Positions 34,150 through 42,860 of a stretch of DNA of 64,000 nucleotides are shown here, in pieces. The notes under the pieces are model-generated. The model was not told the origin of the DNA, made no database searches, and saw only the letters and a program-made list of their open reading frames with translations. Positions within the stretch are counted from its first letter, which is position 1. Each line of letters opens with the position of its first letter. The stretch covers positions 399,860 through 463,859 of the forward strand of contig DAIOHD010000001.1 of the NCBI GenBank assembly GCA_036744835.1, in the 5' to 3' direction. The position numbers and the translations under genes were made by a program. Source of the stretch: Candidatus Magasanikiibacteriota bacterium (GTDB taxonomy: Bacteria > Patescibacteriota > Patescibacteriia > Magasanikbacterales > GWA2-37-8).

Positions 34150-35928
34150 TTGAATATGGAAGAACAAGAAAAACAAGAAAAGTTAGATTTGGGTTTAGTA
34201 AAACAAACCCTAAAGCTTTTTGCTGGCTTTTATAAAAAAAGGTGGAATTTTTTGGTATTAATGCTTATTTTTACCGTTATTAATCAAATTTTGGATATTA
34301 TTGTTCCGATTTATTATAAAAAAATAGTTGATTTTTTATTCACCGGAGCTTTTGAAATAGCTATAAAAGTTTTATTGATTGTTTTTGCTTTAAAGCTAAC
34401 ATCCTTTGTCTTTCAACGTGCATATTTTTTTGTTGTTAGTTATTTTGAAACATATGGAGATAAGGATATTCAACAGTTTTGTGTTATTCGGATGCTTGAA
34501 CATTCTTTTTCTTTTTTTAATGATCAATTTATCGGTTCATTAGTTCGAAAAATAAATAAGTTTTCCGGAGCATTTCTTACCCTTAATGATATTTTATTTT
34601 TTGAATTGAGTAATTTATTTATAGGCACAGGTGGTATATGTTTTGTATTGTATGGACGTAATCCTGGCCTAGCTTACGGAGTTTTGATCTGGTTATTATT
34701 TTTTATTTTACTTAATTTGTTGGTTTTGAAAGGTAAAATGAAAATAGATATAGAAAGTAATAAAGAGGGTAACAAAGCCACCGGATATGCGGCTGATGTT
34801 TTTGCCAATTATGCCAATGTTAAGCTTTTTAATAAGACCGAGGAAGAGATTAAAAATTTAGAAAATAAAAACGAAACTATTCGTTTGCTCAATTTAAAAA
34901 GTTGGCGTTACGGTATTTTATTTTTTGCCATCCAAGGTTTTTTGTTTATTATTTTGGAAATAGGTATCAATTATTTAGCTATTAGACTTTATCAAAAAGG
35001 TGTTTTGACCATCGGTGATTTTGTGATGATTCAAGCCTACGTAGTAATGATTATGATGAATGTTTGGGGTTTAGGCAGATCTATCCAACGACTCTATGAA
35101 TCTATGGCGGATGCCACAGAGATGACCGCGATTATTATCAAAGAAACGGAAGTTGTTGATGTAAAAAATGCCAAAAATATCGAAGTGAAGAAAGGGGAAA
35201 TAATTTTTGATAAAATAAATTTTGGCTATAAAGAAAACGCTGAAATTTTTCAAAATTTTTCCTTAAAAGTAAAAGATAATGAAAAATTGGCATTAGTAGG
35301 GCCTTCCGGTTCGGGCAAGTCAACGGTTATAAAATTATTGTTACGTATGTATAACTTGGCTTCCGGTGAAATAAAAATAGATAAACAAAACATTGCCGAA
35401 GTTGCCAAAGAAAGTTTATGGGAAAATATATCTTTTGTACCACAGGATCCGGCATTGTTTCATCGGTCTCTTTTTGAAAACATTGCTTACGGCAAAAAGA
35501 ACGCTACCAAAGAAGAAGTGATTGAAGCTGCTAAAAAAGCTTATGCTCATGATTTTATCTCACAGTTGAAAGATGGTTATAATACGGAAGTCGGAGAAAG
35601 AGGTATCAAACTTAGTGGTGGAGAAAGACAGCGTGTGGCTATTGCTCGGGCTATACTAAAGAACGCTCCTATTTTAATAATGGACGAAGCCACATCTTCA
35701 CTTGATTCCGAATCTGAACAGTTAATTCAAAAAGCTTTGGAAAATTTAATGAAAGAAAAAACCGTTATTATCATTGCTCACCGTCTATCTACAGTTGCAA
35801 AAATGGATAGGGTGGTGGTGATGGAAAAAGGAAAAATAGTTGAAGAGGGGACTCATAATGAACTAATTAAAACGAAAGGTCTTTATGCAAAATTGTGGCA
35901 TATTCAAGCCGGTGGTTTTATAGTTTAA
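34150..35928 (+). CDS. ABC transporter permease/ATP-binding protein (MsbA-like exporter)
   Basis: 6-TM N-domain, Walker A GPSGSGKST, signature LSGGERQRVAIARAIL, Walker B ILIMDEATS. Confidence 0.9.
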   Translation: MNMEEQEKQEKLDLGLVKQTLKLFAGFYKKRWNFLVLMLIFTVINQILDIIVPIYYKKIVDFLFTGAFEIAIKVLLIVFALKLTSFVFQRAYFFVVSYFETYGDKDIQQFCVIRMLEHSFSFFNDQFIGSLVRKINKFSGAFLTLNDILFFELSNLFIGTGGICFVLYGRNPGLAYGVLIWLLFFILLNLLVLKGKMKIDIESNKEGNKATGYAADVFANYANVKLFNKTEEEIKNLENKNETIRLLNLKSWRYGILFFAIQGFLFIILEIGINYLAIRLYQKGVLTIGDFVMIQAYVVMIMMNVWGLGRSIQRLYESMADATEMTAIIIKETEVVDVKNAKNIEVKKGEIIFDKINFGYKENAEIFQNFSLKVKDNEKLALVGPSGSGKSTVIKLLLRMYNLASGEIKIDKQNIAEVAKESLWENISFVPQDPALFHRSLFENIAYGKKNATKEEVIEAAKKAYAHDFISQLKDGYNTEVGERGIKLSGGERQRVAIARAILKNAPILIMDEATSSLDSESEQLIQKALENLMKEKTVIIIAHRLSTVAKMDRVVVMEKGKIVEEGTHNELIKTKGLYAKLWHIQAGGFIV

Positions 35929-35957
35929 TTTTGAGATATAGTTTTATAAAATAACTT

Positions 35958-36530
35958 ATGAAAAAACTGGAAATATTAGAACCACAGTATACATTTTCGG
36001 AAAAAACCCAGCTTTTGGAATGGGCGAGAATTGGTATTGAAAATTATTTAAAAGACAGATGGATAATCCAGACCATGACCAATAATCAAATGTTGAAACG
36101 CAAAGTCGGTGTTTTTGTGACCCTGTGGAAACAAAACCAATTGAGGGGGTGCATGGGGATAATACAAACTGATAAACCTTTAAATGAATCTGTGGTGGAG
36201 ATAGCCATAGAAGCTGCAACCAAAGACCTGCGTTTTCCTCCAGTTAATTTAAGTGAATTAACAGAAATCAAATTGGAGCTTTCTATACTTTCATCTCTTA
36301 AAAAAATTAAAAATATAAAAGACATTGAATTGGGTAAACACGGTGTGATGATAGTTCAAAATAAAAAAAGCGGAGTTTTCCTTCCGGAGGTGCCCTTGAA
36401 AGAAGGATGGAATCCAGGGACTTTTTTGGAAGCTCTGTGTGTAGAAAAAGCCGGACTACAGGCAAATGCTTGGATGGATAAAAATACTGATTTATATGTT
36501 TTTACCACAGTTAAAATCAAAGAAGAATAA
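35958..36530 (+). CDS. AMMECR1 domain protein
   Basis: GVFVTLWKQNQLRGCMGI and the AMMECR1 fold motifs. Confidence 0.85.
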   Translation: MKKLEILEPQYTFSEKTQLLEWARIGIENYLKDRWIIQTMTNNQMLKRKVGVFVTLWKQNQLRGCMGIIQTDKPLNESVVEIAIEAATKDLRFPPVNLSELTEIKLELSILSSLKKIKNIKDIELGKHGVMIVQNKKSGVFLPEVPLKEGWNPGTFLEALCVEKAGLQANAWMDKNTDLYVFTTVKIKEE

Positions 36531-36610
36531 AAAAAATAGACCCCGGTATTAAACCAGGGTCCAGAGAGTGATCAGGGAATAGGAGTAATTACTCCCCCTA
36601 AATTAGGGAA

Positions 36611-36754
36611 TTAATCGTCGTCGGGAAACGACGGGAATAATTCTTCCAACTCCCCGAAAGAATGAACAAACGACTTTTCCATAGTCGGAACCAAGACTTC
36701 ATTTTCTTCCAAAATGATGTCTTCGGAAATAAAATCTTCAAAATGGCTGGACAT
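36611..36754 (-). CDS. hypothetical 47-aa highly acidic protein (not in ORF track)
   Basis: MSSHFEDFISEDIILEENEVLVPTMEKSFVHSFGELEELFPSFPDDD. SD GGAGGTG sits 6 nt upstream. Promoter TTGACA (36844-36849) with a 17-nt spacer and TATAAT (36811-36816) on the minus strand. Terminator hairpin GACCCTGG..CCGGGGTC plus T8 at about 36541-36570. Confidence 0.45.
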   Translation of the reverse strand: MSSHFEDFISEDIILEENEVLVPTMEKSFVHSFGELEELFPSFPDDD

Positions 36755-36810
36755 GGACGCACCTCCGAAAAAAAGTTTAGATTAAAGAAAAACTTTTCTT
36801 TAACCGGAAG

Positions 36811-36849
36811 AATTATAACACATTTTTATCAAAATGTCAAGAGTCTATA
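36811..36849 (-). promoter_or_regulatory. sigma-70 promoter TTGACA-17-TATAAT (perfect consensus) driving the small acidic ORF
   Basis: Read on the minus strand. It overlaps the annotated 5' end of the + strand TagA-like gene. Confidence 0.65.
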
Positions 36850-37643
36850 TGAAATTTTGCCAGATAAATATCGATAATTTAAGCCTTAAAGAATCTAGAA
36901 ATAAGGTTTTGGATTTTTTAAATTTTACCAGTTCCCATAAAGTATTTACCCCGAATCCTGAATTTATCGTTGCAGCACAAAAAGACGAAAAATTCAAAGA
37001 AGTTTTAAACAAAGGGGATTTAAATATTTGTGACGGTTTTGGTCTAGGCTTATTTTCCGGTTGTCCACGAATACCAGGGGTGGATTTTATGATAGAAATT
37101 TGCAAAATCGCGGCTGAAAAAAACATTGGCGTATATTTACTTGGATCAGATAGTGATGAAATCGTGAAAAAAACGGCAGAGAATTTACAAAAACAAATCC
37201 AAAATTTAAAGATTAGTGGGTACGATAAAGGTTTGATGATGGAAATAATATCCAACCCGCCTTCGTCCCAAAGGGACTACGGACAGGCAGGTATTCAATA
37301 TCCAATATCTAATTATAATAAAGAAGAAAATAGTTCAATAATTAAGAAAATTAATGACTCGGGAGCAAAAATCCTCTTCGTCGCTTTTGGTATGAACAAA
37401 CAAGAGCGTTGGATAGATGAAAATTTAGCTCAAATGCCCAATATTAAAATAGCCATGGGGGTTGGGGGATCATTTGATTATATATCCGGAATTGTGCGTC
37501 GAGCCCCTTGTTTTTTGCGAAAAATTGGTTTAGAATGGTTGTATCGTTTATTTAAACAACCAAAACGTTTAGGAAGAATTTCAAACGCTATAATAGTATT
37601 TACTTATATTGTTTTAAAAAACAAAATTTTCAAAAAAATATGA
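36834..37643 (+). CDS. WecB/TagA/CpsF-family glycosyltransferase (GT26)
   Basis: ...ILFVAFGMNKQERWIDENLAQMPNIKIAMGVGGSFDYISG...EWLYRLFKQPKRLGR. The start may be the second ATG (36849, MKFCQINIDN). Confidence 0.8.
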   Translation: MSRVYMKFCQINIDNLSLKESRNKVLDFLNFTSSHKVFTPNPEFIVAAQKDEKFKEVLNKGDLNICDGFGLGLFSGCPRIPGVDFMIEICKIAAEKNIGVYLLGSDSDEIVKKTAENLQKQIQNLKISGYDKGLMMEIISNPPSSQRDYGQAGIQYPISNYNKEENSSIIKKINDSGAKILFVAFGMNKQERWIDENLAQMPNIKIAMGVGGSFDYISGIVRRAPCFLRKIGLEWLYRLFKQPKRLGRISNAIIVFTYIVLKNKIFKKI

Positions 37644-39124
37644 TAAAAACCAGATTTGCTCCAAGTCCGACCGGATATTTGCATGTGGGAGGTTTACGAA
37701 CTGCTCTTTATTCTTATTTATTTGCCAAAAAAAATAGTGGTAAGTTTATTTTACGCATAGAAGATACAGATAGAGAAAGATATGTCTCAGACGGAATTGC
37801 AAATATTTTAAAATCTCTTTATTGGGCAGGGGTTATTCCGGATGAAGGTGTGCAAATGAAAGAAAATGGAGATGTTTATCAGACTGGCGACTGCGGTGGG
37901 TCCTATATCCAATCCGAGCGCCTACCAATTTATAGAAAATATGTAGATGAGCTTTTGGAAAAAGGAGATGCTTATTATTGTTTTTGTACCAGTGAGCGTT
38001 TGGAAGAATTACGACAACTCCAACAATTAAATAAATTACCAACAGGTTATGATCGACATTGTCGAGAAATTCCGCTCGAAGAAGCAAAAAAACGTGTGGC
38101 TCAGGGAGAAAAATATATTATACGCATGAAAATGCCACTTAGCGGCGAGACCTCTTTTGTTGATAAAGTCAAAGGAGAAGTTACAATAAAAAATGAGTTA
38201 GTAGACGATCAGGTGATTCTCAAAAGTGATGGTTATCCAACCTATCACTTGGCGGTAGTGGTGGATGATCATAGTATGGGAGTAACTCATATTATTCGCG
38301 GTGATGAATGGATAAGTAGTGTTCCTAAACATATTAATCTTTATAAAATGTTTGGTTGGGAAATACCGACGATGGCACATTTACCGCTTTTACTTAATTC
38401 TGACAAAAGCAAGCTCAGTAAACGACAAGGGGATGTTTCGGTAGAAGATTATCAAAAAAAAGGGTATTTACCTCAAGCCTTAACTAATTTTGTAGCTTTT
38501 TTGGGATGGAATCCCGGAGATGAAAGAGAAATATTTAGTTTGGAAGAATTGGTAAAAGAATTTTCTTTAGAAAAAATCGGTAAATCCGGAGCTGTTTTTA
38601 ACTTGGAAAAATTGGATTGGTATAACTCCCATTATATTCGTGCTTTGCAAGGAGAAGACTTACTAGTACAAGCTACACCTTTTATTTTAGAGGCTAAATT
38701 AATGACTGAAGCTGAAATGCAAAATAAGAAAGATTGGTTATTAAAAGCTTTAACTTTGGGGAAAGAAAGAGCCAACACCTTGGTTCAGTTAGCTGAAAAT
38801 ATAGCATTTTTATTGAAAAATCTAGATTATCAAAAAGAGCTTTTGGTTTGGAAAAAAGGAAGTTTAGAAGAAGTAAAAACAATTTTGCCAGAGTTAAAAG
38901 AATTATTGAACAATTTTAGTGTTCAAAATTTTGAATCTAAAAATTTGCAAGAAAAGATAGGGGAGTGGACAACTCAAAAAGGATATAGCAATGGTAGTGT
39001 CTTGTGGCCATGGCGAGTGGCATTATCTGGAATGGAAAAATCCCCACCACCTTTTGATATTGCTGAAGTCTTGGGTAAAGAAGAGGTTATAAAAAGAATA
39101 GAAGAAGCTTTAAATAAATTATAA
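37640..39124 (+). CDS. gltX: glutamyl-tRNA synthetase
   Basis: HIGH-type TRFAPSPTGYLHVGGLRTAL and KLSKRQG (KMSKS). Confidence 0.95.
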   Translation: MIKTRFAPSPTGYLHVGGLRTALYSYLFAKKNSGKFILRIEDTDRERYVSDGIANILKSLYWAGVIPDEGVQMKENGDVYQTGDCGGSYIQSERLPIYRKYVDELLEKGDAYYCFCTSERLEELRQLQQLNKLPTGYDRHCREIPLEEAKKRVAQGEKYIIRMKMPLSGETSFVDKVKGEVTIKNELVDDQVILKSDGYPTYHLAVVVDDHSMGVTHIIRGDEWISSVPKHINLYKMFGWEIPTMAHLPLLLNSDKSKLSKRQGDVSVEDYQKKGYLPQALTNFVAFLGWNPGDEREIFSLEELVKEFSLEKIGKSGAVFNLEKLDWYNSHYIRALQGEDLLVQATPFILEAKLMTEAEMQNKKDWLLKALTLGKERANTLVQLAENIAFLLKNLDYQKELLVWKKGSLEEVKTILPELKELLNNFSVQNFESKNLQEKIGEWTTQKGYSNGSVLWPWRVALSGMEKSPPPFDIAEVLGKEEVIKRIEEALNKL

Positions 39125-39166
39125 AAATAAAAATACTCAACTTAATGCAAGTTGGGTATTTTTTTC

Positions 39167-39195
39167 TTGGCAATAAATTTAAAAAATGTTATAAT
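39167..39195 (+). promoter_or_regulatory. sigma-70 promoter TTGGCA-17-TATAAT for the M23 peptidase gene
   Basis: TTGGCA at 39167-39172, a 17-nt spacer, and TATAAT at 39190-39195. The gltX terminator hairpin (ACTCAACTT..AAGTTGGGT plus T7) lies just upstream. Confidence 0.65.
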
Positions 39196-39201
39196 ATTAT
39201 C

Positions 39202-40437
39202 ATGAATAAAAACTTAAAAATATTTTTTATTGCTTTTTTGGCAACATTCATTTTGGTGCCGGTTTTTGTTTTTTCCCAAACGGTTAGTATTGCCAGTAAT
39301 GCCGATGAAATTACGGTTTTAAATAAAGAAATTACCGCTCGCAAAGATAAAATTAAACAATTAGAAGATACTATAGCTGTTTATCGCAAAAATATAGCTC
39401 AAAAACAAACCGAGGCTGTTTCTTTAAATAATCAATTGAGCATCTTGGAAAATAAAATAAAACAAACCGAAGCGGAAATTTCCATGGCTCAATATAAAAT
39501 TGATGAAACTAAACTGGAAATAGAAGCTCTACAGCTTGGTATTGAAGATAAACAAAAAGTAATCACTAAACAAAAAACGTTGGTGGCTGAAATAATTCGC
39601 AATATTCACGCCAATGATCAAAAGAATTATCTAGAAATTCTTTTAACCAACGATACTTTTGCTGATTTTTATAGTCAGGCCCAGTATTTAAAAAGCGTTT
39701 ATGTAGATTTAGGTAGATCGGTCAAAAATTTACGTGTTGCCATGGAAGATTTGGCCAACAAAAAAGATCAAGTTGAAGCTAAAAAGAAGATCTATGAAGA
39801 ACAAAAATTTACTTTAGAAAACAAAAAACTGGATCTAAAAGAACAATCTGGTACTAAAAAAGATCTTTTAGCCGAAACTAGAGCCTCGGAACTTAAATAT
39901 AGTACTTTGCTTGAAAGTTTAAAAAGGCAATATCAGGTAATCGAAGGAGAAGTTCGCTCTTATGAAGCGGAAGTACGTAAAAAATTGGAAGAACAAAATC
40001 GTTTCAAAAATATGAGTAGTTCCGGTGATTTAAGCTGGCCGGTACCTTCTCGTTATATCACCGCCACATTTAATGACCCTACCTATCTTTATCGTCAAGT
40101 ATTTGAACACAATGCCATAGATATCAGAGCAGCTCAAGGAACAGCTGTTAAGGCTGCTACCGCCGGTTATGTCGGAAGAGCCAAAACTTGTACCACGGCC
40201 TCTTGTTATAGCTATGTTTTATTAATGCACACTGGAAACCTTTCTACAGTTTATGGTCATATGAGCAGTATTTCAGTGAAAGAAGATGCTTTTGTTAATC
40301 GAGGTGATATTATTGGATATTCTGGTGGAAAACCAGGTACTGTCGGTGCCGGACCTTTTACTACGGGGCCTCATTTGCACTTTGAAGTTCGTAAAAACGG
40401 CATCCCTGTCAACCCGGTAAACTATTTGCAAGACTAA
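39202..40437 (+). CDS. M23 family metallopeptidase with N-terminal coiled coil (EnvC/LytM-like)
   Basis: Signal peptide, about 250 aa of coiled coil, then M23 motifs HNAIDI and GHMSSI...GPHLHFE. Start moved to ATG 39202 (MNKNLKIFF...) downstream of the promoter. Confidence 0.85.
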   Translation: MNKNLKIFFIAFLATFILVPVFVFSQTVSIASNADEITVLNKEITARKDKIKQLEDTIAVYRKNIAQKQTEAVSLNNQLSILENKIKQTEAEISMAQYKIDETKLEIEALQLGIEDKQKVITKQKTLVAEIIRNIHANDQKNYLEILLTNDTFADFYSQAQYLKSVYVDLGRSVKNLRVAMEDLANKKDQVEAKKKIYEEQKFTLENKKLDLKEQSGTKKDLLAETRASELKYSTLLESLKRQYQVIEGEVRSYEAEVRKKLEEQNRFKNMSSSGDLSWPVPSRYITATFNDPTYLYRQVFEHNAIDIRAAQGTAVKAATAGYVGRAKTCTTASCYSYVLLMHTGNLSTVYGHMSSISVKEDAFVNRGDIIGYSGGKPGTVGAGPFTTGPHLHFEVRKNGIPVNPVNYLQD

Positions 40438-40466
40438 TTGACAAATCTTTTATTAATTGTTAATAT
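40438..40466 (+). promoter_or_regulatory. sigma-70 promoter TTGACA-17-TAATAT
   Basis: TTGACA at 40438-40443, a 17-nt spacer, TAATAT at 40461-40466, then SD GGAGGAG before ATG 40514. Confidence 0.65.
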
Positions 40467-40513
40467 TTAAAGTCTGTTCTTTTATAAGGTTTTTATAATC
40501 GGAGGAGCTAAAC

Positions 40514-40705
40514 ATGTCTAACAAAAAACGTCGTGACGAGCTTCTTAACAAAGAATTTTTATCCAAAGAGGAGGAAAAAGAGTTAAAAGAGCTGGTCAAA
40601 AAGTATCCTTTTGGTAATAAATCCAACCGTCGTAAAGCTTTGAGAATTTATCACGAAGGCATAATAAGACTTTTGGGTAAAATCCAAAAAAATAAGGTAA
40701 TTTAA
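40514..40705 (+). CDS. hypothetical small basic protein
   Basis: 63 aa, K/R/E-rich, with a strong SD and a dedicated promoter and terminator. Confidence 0.45.
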   Translation: MSNKKRRDELLNKEFLSKEEEKELKELVKKYPFGNKSNRRKALRIYHEGIIRLLGKIQKNKVI

Positions 40706-40713
40706 AAAAAACA

Positions 40714-40746
40714 AATCGGTTAAGGTTGTGCCTTAACCGATTTTTT
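40714..40746. terminator. bidirectional intrinsic terminator (AATCGGTTAAGG-TTGTG-CCTTAACCGATT flanked by A8 and T6)
   Basis: Perfect 12-bp stem. It serves the convergent 40514 (+) and xer (-) genes. Confidence 0.85.
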
Positions 40747-41716
40747 ATTTCTTTGCTCCGCTGTGAAAATTTTTATACACATTTTTGAGACCAGCATTAG
40801 TAATGTGCGTATAAATCTGGGTAGTAGCGACATTACTATGACCTAGTAATTCCTGGACCGAGCGCAGATCAGCACCATGTGACAGTAAATCTGTCGCAAA
40901 ACTATGTCGTAAGGTATGCGGAGTAGCTTCTACTGGCAATCCAGCCATCATTGTATACTTGCGTACTAAACTTTCTATAGAACGAGGAGATAGTCGACGT
41001 TCACTGTCTTTTTCACCACCATGGAAATAGTTAATAAACAGGGGAGGGAGCATGTCTTTTCGAACCTTGAGATATTTAGTCAACCATTCAAGAGTGCGTT
41101 TAGAGAAATAAACGGTCCGCATCTTACCGCCTTTGCCGATAATGTTTAACTCAACATAGTCCGGAATTTTTCCAGCTATTAAATCATTTATATTAAACTG
41201 CTTTAGGTTAAGCGAAGTAAGCTCGGAAACCCGCATTCCAGTAGAGAAGAGGACCTCAAGTATGGCTTTATCCCGCAAACCGCTTGAATTAGAGGTATCG
41301 GGCATGGATAGGAGCTTTTCTATTTGGTCAAAATTTAAAAATTTAATTTGCTTGTCTTTGTCGGTCAATTTTGGTAATTTAATTTTTTCTGATGGTAATG
41401 TAACAATATCCTTATCTGTAAGATATTTAAGTAAGTTACGTAAAGCACGTAGATAGTAGCTCTGGGAAGTCTTTTTAAGATAAGCGCCCTTATAGTCCTG
41501 TTTACGAGATAAATAGAGACGAAACTCCCAAACATGCTCGGGAGTTAGCTCATGTGGTAAAAGATCGCTTAACTTAGACTTATCAAGCCAATCAACAAAA
41601 ACTTTGAGAAAATTATGATAGTTCTTAGAAGATACTGGAGAAAGACCCTTCTCAACCTCACAGTATTCCAAAAACACGGGGATATGTTTAATAAGTGGTT
41701 TATTTGATTTTTGCAT
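40745..41716 (-). CDS. tyrosine site-specific recombinase XerC/XerD family
   Basis: C-terminal ...HTLRHSFATDLLSHGADLRSVQELLGHSNVATTQIYTHI (RHR-Y catalytic residues) and an N-terminal SAM-like core-binding domain. Confidence 0.85.
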   Translation of the reverse strand: MQKSNKPLIKHIPVFLEYCEVEKGLSPVSSKNYHNFLKVFVDWLDKSKLSDLLPHELTPEHVWEFRLYLSRKQDYKGAYLKKTSQSYYLRALRNLLKYLTDKDIVTLPSEKIKLPKLTDKDKQIKFLNFDQIEKLLSMPDTSNSSGLRDKAILEVLFSTGMRVSELTSLNLKQFNINDLIAGKIPDYVELNIIGKGGKMRTVYFSKRTLEWLTKYLKVRKDMLPPLFINYFHGGEKDSERRLSPRSIESLVRKYTMMAGLPVEATPHTLRHSFATDLLSHGADLRSVQELLGHSNVATTQIYTHITNAGLKNVYKNFHSGAKK

Positions 41717-41765
41717 ATATTATACTTCGGTTATCCTCTGTTATACGAAGTTAGATATATTATCT
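41717..41765. promoter_or_regulatory. inverted repeat ATATAT-TA-TACTTCG ...16 nt... CGAAGT-TAG-ATATAT directly upstream of xer (candidate recombinase site or operator)
   Basis: Direct reading. The right arm TATACGAAGTTA matches 12 of 13 positions of a loxP arm. Confidence 0.3.
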
Positions 41766-41793
41766 CACAACCTTTTAAATAAAGCAATATTTC

Positions 41794-42855
41794 TTATTTC
41801 CAATATACCCTATCTTCAAATCGTAGGTCGATATACTCTTTTGGCAGATTAATGCCACCTTCCTGTTCTAAAATTGTTTTAAGTTTAATAATTTGTTTAT
41901 CTATATCTTCAAAAGTTATTTTTAAATACCATTTTTTATCTTGAAGATATAGTTCAGCTCCGCTTAGGTGGTTCTCTTGTCCCAAAAAATATCCTGTCTT
42001 GGCTATCCCCTGTTTTTTTAACTCTGATTGCCAATAATTAATCGCTTCCAAGTGTTTATCAGTCAAAATATTTCTTTGATCTTTTTCTATTTTTTTATCT
42101 TCTGAAATACAAAAAAGAGGTAAATCTTGATATTGTATATCAACTTTAGTATAACTGGGTTTAAATTTTTCTTTTATACTGGAAGTCGAAGATAATAAAC
42201 TCATACTGGTGGTAACGGTTGTATCTATTATTTCTTGATTTTCCAATATTGGTATTTCTTTTTCCCAAAATATTTTAATCACACTCCCCTTTTCATCCAA
42301 CAGATAATAACCCTCCGATGTACAAAATACGATACTCTGATTTTTTTCAATTATATCTATCTTTAAAATATCCGGAAAAATTTTTATTACCTGCACATCA
42401 CTTATGTCAAAATTTTCCTTGATGGCGGAGGCTATTTTTTTCGGTTTAATCACAAAATAATTATTTTTGTGCCAGTATTTTCCGGATTTAAGATAATTTT
42501 CAAAAACAAAATTTTTAATTTCTTCAGCGTTTAAAACTTTGATACCATAATAAGATATATTATCTATATAAAAATATGGTAAATAAAACATGAGCCAAAA
42601 CCAGGCAATAAAAAAAGAAGAAATGAATATAGGATAAAATATTTGACGAAAATTTATTTTTTTCTTTGATTCTTTACGAAAAGGATTGTTTCCAACTTGA
42701 AAATTCAAAGCATCTTGCGGAGTTTGAGTTTCAAAAATTTTTAACTTTTTATTCGGTGTTCTTTTTTTTTCAAAAAAAGAAAAAAGTGAACGCTTTTTTT
42801 CATCGTATTTATATTTTTGAAAATCAAGATAGGGTTTTTTACCTCCCGAAGACAT
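41794..42855 (-). CDS. cell division protein FtsQ/DivIB-like (single TM + POTRA-like domain)
   Basis: Basic cytoplasmic N-terminus, one TM (IFYPIFISSFFIAWFWLMFYL), then ISYYGIKVLNAEEIKNF in a POTRA-like region. Position next to serS. The assignment is tentative. Confidence 0.5.
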   Translation of the reverse strand: MSSGGKKPYLDFQKYKYDEKKRSLFSFFEKKRTPNKKLKIFETQTPQDALNFQVGNNPFRKESKKKINFRQIFYPIFISSFFIAWFWLMFYLPYFYIDNISYYGIKVLNAEEIKNFVFENYLKSGKYWHKNNYFVIKPKKIASAIKENFDISDVQVIKIFPDILKIDIIEKNQSIVFCTSEGYYLLDEKGSVIKIFWEKEIPILENQEIIDTTVTTSMSLLSSTSSIKEKFKPSYTKVDIQYQDLPLFCISEDKKIEKDQRNILTDKHLEAINYWQSELKKQGIAKTGYFLGQENHLSGAELYLQDKKWYLKITFEDIDKQIIKLKTILEQEGGINLPKEYIDLRFEDRVYWK

Positions 42856-42860
42856 AATTT

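Noticed and set aside
27695-36530. AMMECR1 (35958-36530) and the LigB/Memo-like gene (27695-28486) considered as an AmmeMemoRadiSam system.
   Set aside because: The two genes are about 8 kb apart and on opposite strands, with unrelated genes between them. No radical-SAM partner is present in the window.
36662-36877. 71-aa plus-strand ORF from the track.
   Set aside because: It has no SD and overlaps a minus-strand gene that carries a complete promoter, SD and terminator set. It is probably a chance ORF.
41717-41765. Match of TATACGAAGTTA to a loxP arm taken as evidence of a Cre/lox system.
   Set aside because: Only one arm matches. The left arm and the 8-bp spacer do not. The gene is a Xer-type recombinase, not Cre. 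Kept only as a low-confidence possible recombinase or operator site.
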